Assembly: GCF_002087085.1 (NCBI RefSeq)
Contig: NZ_MWQY01000014.1
Span: 62,001-117,692, forward strand
DNA length: 55,692 bases
Direction: 5' to 3'
Part shown: positions 48,979 to 55,692 of the stretch, in pieces
How the letters are laid out: every line of letters begins with the position of its first letter
Numbering within the stretch: position 1 is the first letter of the stretch
The notes under the pieces: model-generated
What the model saw: only the letters and a program-made list of their open reading frames with translations
Told to the model about the DNA's origin: nothing
Databases searched by the model: none
Made by a program: the position numbers and the translations under genes

Positions 48979-49968
48979 TCAGTACATTCTGGTAGGAAGA
49001 ATCTCTTTCGCGTTGGAGGTATCGAAAACCTCTTCCACGACATACTGGATTTTATCGACCTTCTCACCCCGCTCAAGCTTCTGGATGATCTCTGCCACCC
49101 GGGGACCGTGAAGAGGATTACATTCAACAGAGCAGTTGATCTCACCGGCTATCATCCGGTTGAAGGCCTCGTGCACTGCATCGAAGGAGATAATTATAAT
49201 ATCCTTGCCAGGCTGCTTTCCCACTGCCTTGATAGCGTCGATAGCACCGAAGGCCATATTGTCGTTTTCGGCGAATACAACATCGATGTCAGGGTACGCC
49301 TTCAGGAAAGATTCCATAACTTCCTGCCCCTTGGCCTGAGTAAATTCTCCGGTTTGTTTTGCAAGGAGTTTGAATTTCGGATTTGCATCGATACCTGCCA
49401 GGATTCCCTGGGTACGTCCGACCTGTGCGGAAGATCCGATTGTTCCCTGAAGAAGAACAATGTTCAGCTCCTGGCTGGCCAGACCGTTTTTCTTGACATA
49501 GTCATTCAGCCATTTAACGCCGTCCTGACCTTCCTTGAGGAAGTTTCCACCAACCCATGCTGTATAGAGGCTGTCGTCGGAAACATCCATCATGCGGTCA
49601 GAGAGGATAACGGGAATCCCGGCAGCCTTTGCTTCGCTGAGAACGGTTTCCCAGCCGGTCTCTACAACCGGTGCCACCACGATGTAATCCACATCCTGCT
49701 GAATAAAATTGCGGATCGCCTTGATCTGATTCTGCTGTTTCTGTTGAGCATCATCAAAAATAAGCCGATAGCCGTTTTCTTCAACAAAAGTACTTTTGAA
49801 GGATTCCGTGTTTGCCGTTCGCCAGTCAGACTCAGCACCGACCTGAGCATAGCCGACAACAATCAGATCATCCTCTGCACCTGCGGCAGCCTCGTCCTGT
49901 CCACCTGCGAACACATAGCCGAGGGAGAATACCGCCAAGACCATGAAAATCACTAATACCTTTTTCAT
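48979..49968 (-). CDS. ytfQ: Sugar ABC substrate-binding protein, YtfQ-like
   Basis: VGYAQVGAESDWRTANT, AQQKQQNQIKAIR, ECNPLHGP; spirochaete-type FAGGQ signal. Confidence 0.88.
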   Translation of the reverse strand: MKKVLVIFMVLAVFSLGYVFAGGQDEAAAGAEDDLIVVGYAQVGAESDWRTANTESFKSTFVEENGYRLIFDDAQQKQQNQIKAIRNFIQQDVDYIVVAPVVETGWETVLSEAKAAGIPVILSDRMMDVSDDSLYTAWVGGNFLKEGQDGVKWLNDYVKKNGLASQELNIVLLQGTIGSSAQVGRTQGILAGIDANPKFKLLAKQTGEFTQAKGQEVMESFLKAYPDIDVVFAENDNMAFGAIDAIKAVGKQPGKDIIIISFDAVHEAFNRMIAGEINCSVECNPLHGPRVAEIIQKLERGEKVDKIQYVVEEVFDTSNAKEILPTRMY

Positions 49969-50108
49969 AACTCCTCCTTGGAATTGTGATTGAGCTCATG
50001 GTATCCCCGCTGTGCTTCCCGGTACATGAGATATCTTCCTGAGTTTTTTATGAATTTTTACCCTGCTTTAAGATCAGTTTGGATTTTTTACGGAAAAAGT
50101 ATAAAAAA

Positions 50109-51719
50109 TTACGGACAGGCGCAGGGATCCCTGGAAACTGCCGTCATTCGATAGTCCCTGGGAGAAATGCCCGTGTTTTTTTTGAATATGAAGCTGAAGT
50201 AGTGGGGATCGCTGTACCCGACTTCGTAGGCGATATCGGAACACTTCATTGCACTGCAGCTCAGAAGTCTTTTAGCGTTTTCTATCCTGGTATTCGTCAG
50301 GTACTCGATAAAGGTTTCTCCGGCTTCCTGAGAAAAAATTGTGCTGAAGTGATTCGGGCTGACATATACGAAGGAGGCCACGGTATTCAGAGACATATCC
50401 TGACTCATGTAATTTTCGGCTATGTAGTTCTTTGCCTTTCGTATAATCCCGTTATGCCGGGTATTCATATGCTCATCCCGGTAAAGGATCCACATCTCAA
50501 TAAGGTTTCTGAGTTGTCCGCGAAAGGGAATCGAAGAATCAGCAAGTGAATCCCCGAGATCATGTTGCAGGGAGACGGGAATTGCCTGCTGCGGATCGCC
50601 CTCAATCTCTTCAACCAGTCCCGAGATAATTTCTATCAGATCGTTGTAGACAAGAAGAAAAAAACTCGAGTCCGCAACGTCAAGGGACTTCCTGCCAAAG
50701 ACATCAAGATACAGGTCAATAATGTCGTCGACCTCTTCCCGGGCGGCAAAACGAAGTCTTTCAACCACAGGGCCTTCTTCTTTTCGTCTGGAATTATCCC
50801 TGCGGCTCCACTGTATATCACTGACACCGATGATCTTGTTCTTCCCCGTCAGGGACATATATCGTACAGCACGGTCAGCATCTGCATAGGAATCGACAAT
50901 CTCACCTACGTGGCTTACCATCGAACCAATCCCAATGGAAACCCTGCAGCCGCTGTTACGCTCAGTCTCAAAGCGTATCGCCTGGGCAAGGGAATACACG
51001 GTATCATCAGCAGAATCTCTGCTCAAATTCTTGAAAATAAGTCCCTGTTTTTCCAGACTGGGAGAAAAAAGCAGGACTTCCTCTCTCTCCTTTACCAGGG
51101 AGGATATAATCGATTTAACCACAGCATAGTCGGAAAAGGTATCCGATCCGGGCACAACATCCACGATCATTACAACATATGAGTTCGCTATAAGATCGAT
51201 TCCCAGGGCACGGGCAGACTCAATCGCATCCCCTGAACTCAGCTGTCCGGTGACAAGATCACAAATCCATTTCTCCCGCATTACCTCCTGGGAAGAACGG
51301 ATCTTCATTTTCAGGGTCTCGATATTGGTAATACGCTCCTTTTCTTCTTCTATCTGCCGGGTAACTTTCTCGAGGGTTGCGAGCATATCTGCAGAAGATA
51401 CAGGCTTCAGCAGGTACTCGTCGATACCTATGGAAATCGCATCTTTTGCATATTGGAACTCATCGTGACCGGAAAGAATGATTATCTTAATCCAGGGCTG
51501 ATCCTTCTTGACAATCCGCGAAAGGGTAAGTCCATCCATAAAGGGCATTTTTATATCCGTAATCAGTATGTCGGGTTTTACCTCCTGTAGAACCGTCAGT
51601 GCCATCTCTCCGTCAGGGGCCTCCCCCGCCAGTGTATAGGGAGTACGATCCCATGGAATACTGTTTCGGATTCCCTCCCTGGTAACAATTTCATCCTCAA
51701 CAAGAAATACGCTATACAT
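50109..51719 (-). CDS. YesN-like response regulator (REC + AraC HTH)
   Basis: VEDE, TDIKMP, YLLKP receiver; C-terminal AraC domain (IAYEVGYSDPHYFSFIFKK). Confidence 0.92.
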   Translation of the reverse strand: MYSVFLVEDEIVTREGIRNSIPWDRTPYTLAGEAPDGEMALTVLQEVKPDILITDIKMPFMDGLTLSRIVKKDQPWIKIIILSGHDEFQYAKDAISIGIDEYLLKPVSSADMLATLEKVTRQIEEEKERITNIETLKMKIRSSQEVMREKWICDLVTGQLSSGDAIESARALGIDLIANSYVVMIVDVVPGSDTFSDYAVVKSIISSLVKEREEVLLFSPSLEKQGLIFKNLSRDSADDTVYSLAQAIRFETERNSGCRVSIGIGSMVSHVGEIVDSYADADRAVRYMSLTGKNKIIGVSDIQWSRRDNSRRKEEGPVVERLRFAAREEVDDIIDLYLDVFGRKSLDVADSSFFLLVYNDLIEIISGLVEEIEGDPQQAIPVSLQHDLGDSLADSSIPFRGQLRNLIEMWILYRDEHMNTRHNGIIRKAKNYIAENYMSQDMSLNTVASFVYVSPNHFSTIFSQEAGETFIEYLTNTRIENAKRLLSCSAMKCSDIAYEVGYSDPHYFSFIFKKNTGISPRDYRMTAVSRDPCACP

Positions 51720-53193
51720 ATTCTCTGATCTCCGGCAGTTTAAAAGTAACAACGGTTCCTTCTCTGTACCGGCTCTCAATATGCAGTTTCGTTCCGCTGT
51801 TGTAATAGAGGGCCAGACGTTTATTTACATTATACAGACCGTAAACATCACTCAATTCGGAGCTGTCCAGGCTTCCATCAATCTGTTTATTAATATCTTC
51901 CAGCCGCTCAGGTTTCAACCCGATACCATCATCGGCAACCTGAAAACAGAGGTAGGGCTTCTCTCTCCAGCCCTTTACTGAAAGTCTGCCCCGACCCCTC
52001 TTGTTCTTTATCCCGTGATACAGTGCATTCTCCACCAGGGGCTGCAGAAGAAGCTTGAGCATGGTTTTATCCGCCATCTCATTATCATAATCTATACTGT
52101 AATCCAGTATATCCCGATAGCGAATTTTCTGGATCGTTAAATAATTGAGTACATGTTCGAATTCGTCCTTGACAGAAACCCATTCCTTTCCGCGGCTCAG
52201 GGAGCGGCGAAAAAAGCTGGAAAAATTACGGGTGACAGAGATTACCTGTTCATACTGCCGTCCTTCGGCGAGCCATATTATTGAGTCGAGGGTGTTGTAC
52301 AGAAAGTGGGGGGTAATCTGTGCCTGCAGGGCTTTCATCTCCGATTTCTGAAGATTTTTCTGTTCCCTGATATTTGCATCAATAAGTTCCTTGATCTTCA
52401 CCGCCATGGAATTCAAATTTTCCGTAAGGTTGTCCAGCTCCAGTACATTCGGCAGATCGGCCCTGGCGGCCAGATTCCCGGCGGCAATCTGGCTGGATAA
52501 CTTTTCAAGCTCGCTTATCGGCCTGTTTATGCTTACAGCCAGGGACCGTTGGGCCAGTACAGCAAACAGCATAACAGCCGCAACCACGAAAATCTGAACC
52601 AGCGAGAGGGCTGCGGCGGTATTCTTTATCTGCTCATTCGTTCTGGCGACAGACTCAATTTCAAGCACGATGAAGTCCTGGAGAATATCTGAAACCAGAT
52701 CCGCCACGCCGCGTATTTCATCCAGGGTTTTTTCATTTGCCGTCACCGGATACTGTTGTTCCATCTGGAAGCCAAGCTGGTCGACATATCTCGACAAGGT
52801 ATCCATGGCTCTGCCCGCGACCTCAAGGAGTTGACGGTTATCCTGCTGCTCAGTGCTGAACTTGATATTGTCGAGCCGGGAGTTAATGTCGCGGATGATA
52901 CCGTACTGCCGGCCTTCATCAAAATCCTTGTTGCCGGCGACAATATCCCACAACTCGTTGGAAATATCTGACCTTACAATCTGGTTCAAACGGTTTGTTT
53001 TGCTGACATTGGCAATCATCTGGTCATACTTGAGAGTATGATACCAGGATGATGCCAGACTGATCACCGGTGCAACCAGCATCAGGCTGATGATAATTAT
53101 ATAGGAAGTCTGTATTCTGTTCTGAAGACTGGTAGTTTTCGTACCGGTCATGACCAGCTTGGAGATCGGTTTCATTCCCGCTGCAGCCATCAA
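51712..53193 (-). CDS. YesM/LytS-like sensor histidine kinase
   Basis: Two TM segments, HAMP, ALQAQITPHFLYNTL, LQPLVENALYHG, DDGIG. Confidence 0.93.
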   Translation of the reverse strand: MMAAAGMKPISKLVMTGTKTTSLQNRIQTSYIIIISLMLVAPVISLASSWYHTLKYDQMIANVSKTNRLNQIVRSDISNELWDIVAGNKDFDEGRQYGIIRDINSRLDNIKFSTEQQDNRQLLEVAGRAMDTLSRYVDQLGFQMEQQYPVTANEKTLDEIRGVADLVSDILQDFIVLEIESVARTNEQIKNTAAALSLVQIFVVAAVMLFAVLAQRSLAVSINRPISELEKLSSQIAAGNLAARADLPNVLELDNLTENLNSMAVKIKELIDANIREQKNLQKSEMKALQAQITPHFLYNTLDSIIWLAEGRQYEQVISVTRNFSSFFRRSLSRGKEWVSVKDEFEHVLNYLTIQKIRYRDILDYSIDYDNEMADKTMLKLLLQPLVENALYHGIKNKRGRGRLSVKGWREKPYLCFQVADDGIGLKPERLEDINKQIDGSLDSSELSDVYGLYNVNKRLALYYNSGTKLHIESRYREGTVVTFKLPEIREYV

Positions 53194-54197
53194 TACCCCC
53201 GCGGCGGAATAGCTGAAACGTCGTCGTCTTCGGTAAAGACTTCTTCATGTACATGCATCAGCCGGGGTATTTTCTGCCCTTGCGCAAGTTTTTTTGCCAG
53301 AGACATGATGGCAGGGCCGAATTTCGGATTGCACTCGATCACACAATTGACCTCTCCCCGTCCAAGGGCATCAATTGCAGCCTGTTCCGCATCAACGGTT
53401 ATAATTACGATATCCTTTCCAGGATTCATACCCCGCTCTTTCATTACTTCGAGTATACCCAGAGTCATACCGTCGTTATGGGAAAAAACGACATCAAAAT
53501 CCTTATACTTGCTGTCCAGAATCCAGCGCATAATCTCGTTGCCCTTGGAGCGAAGAAAATCGCCTGATTCACTGTAAATAATTTTGTATTCGGGATGCTC
53601 GGAAATAATCTCCCGGAAACCGGCGGCTCTTCCCTTTGCGGGGGATGATCCTTCGGTCCCGGAGATTTCTATTATTCTGACCGGATTGGATGGTTCAGCA
53701 CCGGAGTTCTCGAACTTTTTCAACAGGAATTTCCCGGCTTCCCGTCCCTCCTGTTCACTGTCCGTACCAATAAAACCCGCGTACAGGGATTCATCATCGG
53801 TGTTTATTTTTCTGTCGGTAATCAGTACCGGGATTCCGGCATCCCGAGCTTCACGCAGAACATTGTCCCATCCATCCGCCACAATGGGAACAAAGGCAAT
53901 AACATCCACCTGATATGCAATAAATGACCTTATTGCCTTAATCTGGTTATTCTGTTTCTGTTCTGCATTTGAGAATAAAAGCTGCACACCGCTCTCTGCG
54001 GCTGCAGCCTTTATAGACCTGGTATTGCATTTCCTCCACGCGCTCTCCGCCCCTATCTGGGAAAAACCAAGTATAATCCCGTTCTTCTGCTCCTCCGGCC
54101 GTCCCTTATCATCGCTTTTTGTGCAGCTTGCAAGGAGTGCTGGCAGCACTGCACAGACAAGAGCAATTATCACCAGTTTAGCTGTTTTCCTCTTCAT
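53190..54197 (-). CDS. Second YtfQ-like sugar-binding lipoprotein (probable sensory component)
   Basis: LLASC lipobox, GFSQIGAESAWR, ECNPKFGP; overlaps kinase start. Confidence 0.88.
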   Translation of the reverse strand: MKRKTAKLVIIALVCAVLPALLASCTKSDDKGRPEEQKNGIILGFSQIGAESAWRKCNTRSIKAAAAESGVQLLFSNAEQKQNNQIKAIRSFIAYQVDVIAFVPIVADGWDNVLREARDAGIPVLITDRKINTDDESLYAGFIGTDSEQEGREAGKFLLKKFENSGAEPSNPVRIIEISGTEGSSPAKGRAAGFREIISEHPEYKIIYSESGDFLRSKGNEIMRWILDSKYKDFDVVFSHNDGMTLGILEVMKERGMNPGKDIVIITVDAEQAAIDALGRGEVNCVIECNPKFGPAIMSLAKKLAQGQKIPRLMHVHEEVFTEDDDVSAIPPRGY

Positions 54198-54544
54198 AGA
54201 ACACCGTACCCTTCAGTCCATGCGTGTACGTTAACCCATTGTAACCCCGATCGCTGCCCGCACACAAGCAGAAAATTTTCAATATAGATTTCTATTTATA
54301 TTGCTCTCACATTTTTTCTTTTCCATTTCAAAGCTTCCCCCTTACCCGCCCACAGATTCATGCCGGGCAATGAGCAATGCGAACGACCAGGTCAAGACAA
54401 GGATATGCTTACACAAGGTTCAGGAAAACATCTCCTCTTCACTTTTGATGATTGGTACTATTGGTAATTGTTCGTTGATACTGGTGGTGGTATACTGTAT
54501 CAAATCATTCCCTGGTGGATATTTATCTTTGCATAGACAGGTCA

Positions 54545-54941
54545 ATGCAACAAAATGAGACTTATGATCTCTGGCTTGAAAACACATCAATTCAGATCGT
54601 CTTCGAAAACCGTTCGATCCTGGTAGCTCCCTGGAATACCGATAACCCGGTATATACCGAGGATAGACGATCTGTACGGCGTTGAGGACTGCATGGGACC
54701 CCTCAGCCAGGACGATTACATTGGCCAGGCAACTGAGATTGTTCAGGAAACCGGAGCTGAATTTGTCTGCGGTTTTGAAATCGTGACATACACGGATAAG
54801 CAGGGTACCGTATATGCAGCTTCGCTTTCAGGTTACAAATATTTTCTGACTATTCATTGCCGGACATTCGAAATTGAATTACTGAGCTTTTTTATCCAGA
54901 GAAGGAGCAGCGAGTACGTGCACCAGGAATATAGCTTTTGA
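54545..54941 (+). pseudogene. Frameshifted, truncated MBL-fold (UPF0173-like) hydrolase remnant
   Basis: Frame A 54545-54685 LWLENTSIQIVFENRSILVAPWNTDNP; frame B continues IDDLYGVEDCMGPLSQDDYIGQATEIVQETGAEFVCGFEI, a decayed HxHxDH region. Confidence 0.55.
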
Positions 54942-54989
54942 CGCAGAATCCTTCTGAATAATTTACCCTCAAATACGAAGGAGAGATGA

Positions 54990-55277
54990 ATGATTGAACT
55001 GCAGATATTTCTTGAGGTACTCCCGGGAAAAGAAGAAAAGCTGAAAATTACTTTTCGTGATATCTTTGTTCCGGCTGTTTCAATTCAGCAGGGGTTTATT
55101 AGTGTTCACCTGCTCAAGTACGGGAATGCCATGCGCTGCTATCAAATTCAGCTACGTTTTGAAACAGAACAGATGCGCCTGGCCTGGGTGGCCTCCGATG
55201 AACATCAGGATTCATTTCCCAGACTCGCTGAACTATGCAGCTCTGTAAGCTGGCAGGGCTTTGAGCTGGTGAATTAA
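54990..55277 (+). CDS. Antibiotic biosynthesis monooxygenase (ABM)-like protein
   Basis: AAGGAG RBS; VLPGKEE, QQGFISVHLL, WVASDEH pattern. Confidence 0.8.
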   Translation: MIELQIFLEVLPGKEEKLKITFRDIFVPAVSIQQGFISVHLLKYGNAMRCYQIQLRFETEQMRLAWVASDEHQDSFPRLAELCSSVSWQGFELVN

Positions 55278-55421
55278 CAGAAAAAACATTCAGTTTTTTT
55301 ACTCTTGGCGACCAGCAGAATGTCGAAGTTACATCGCGGCATACAAAACCTGCTAAATTTTCCACCAGGGCGCCTGATTCCCGCATGCCTGTTTGTATTC
55401 GCAGCCTCACGAACTGCTTGG

Positions 55422-55671
55422 TTAATAAAAAAACCAGGTCCGGCATCTTTCGCGGGGATGCGAAAGTGCAAACCGGCCTTTTCTTTTGTCCAGAGGACAA
55501 AAAAAGCCAGGCGACGTGTCTCGGGCTCTTTTCAAGAGCCCTTCGACCCCCGCACGTTCCTCCCTTCGGTCCGGTACGCGCTCGGCCGAGGACATCGCCT
55601 GTCTTTCGTTTTACTTTATTAATGTGACCGCCAAAAGGCGGATCACATTAATAAAAAAAGCCAGGCGACGT
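55422..55671. repeat. Structured rRNA trailer with direct and inverted copies of the 5S 3' end
   Basis: AAAAAAAGCCAGGCGACGT at 55499-55517 and 55653-55671; inverted copy at 55589-55606; several hairpins. Confidence 0.8.
55616..55655 (-). terminator. Long hairpin immediately after the 5S rRNA
   Basis: TTATTAATGTGA-CCGCC-AAAA-GGCGG-A-TCACATTAATAA inverted repeat. Confidence 0.5.
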
Positions 55672-55692
55672 CCTACTCTCCCGCTTAACGCA
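55660..55692 (-). rRNA. rrf: 5S rRNA, 3' end (partial)
   Basis: Minus strand ...GCGGGAGAGTAGGACGTCGCCTGGC matches the conserved bacterial 5S 3' terminus. Confidence 0.85.

Noticed and set aside
54301..54558. 85-aa plus-strand ORF, and ORFs at 55114-55627
   Set aside because: No RBS or recognisable family; the latter overlap the structured rRNA trailer
55422..55671. CRISPR-like array
   Set aside because: Only two exact copies, irregular spacing, repeat derives from the 5S end, no cas genes

Overview
Chromosomal region of a free-living-type spirochaete (Spirochaetales; inferred from the FlbB collar protein, FliY, FlgE with K165/C178, and Treponema/Borrelia-like gene order). Nearly all genes are on the minus strand. 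In transcription order: the 3' end of a 5S rRNA gene with a highly structured, partly duplicated trailer; an accessory sugar block (binding protein, YesM-like kinase, YesN-like AraC regulator, YtfQRT-YjfF-like ABC importer); cheW, a DegT-like gene, nadK, recN and a hypothetical gene; a beta-propeller/M23 peptidase/methyltransferase unit; DUF4912 plus a GH57 branching enzyme; then a ~34 kb run of mraZ-rsmH-ftsL-murF-mraY-ftsW-ftsQ-ftsA-ftsZ-xerD-TPR-dprA-xerC-hslVU and the flagellar cluster flgB...flhB-flhA (partial). Plus-strand genes: a DUF1820 + 83-aa pair, a decayed MBL-fold hydrolase and an ABM-domain gene. Most of the window is conserved spirochaete core. The best leads are a near-consensus sigma28 promoter on the uncharacterised DUF1820 pair, a DegT-family protein lacking its catalytic lysine, a three-component sugar-sensing module, a methyltransferase/DUF4912/GH57 cluster, a Prp-like motif in the FlhB N-terminal extension, and an element duplicating the 5S rRNA 3' end. 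All family calls are by motif recognition; no database search was run.
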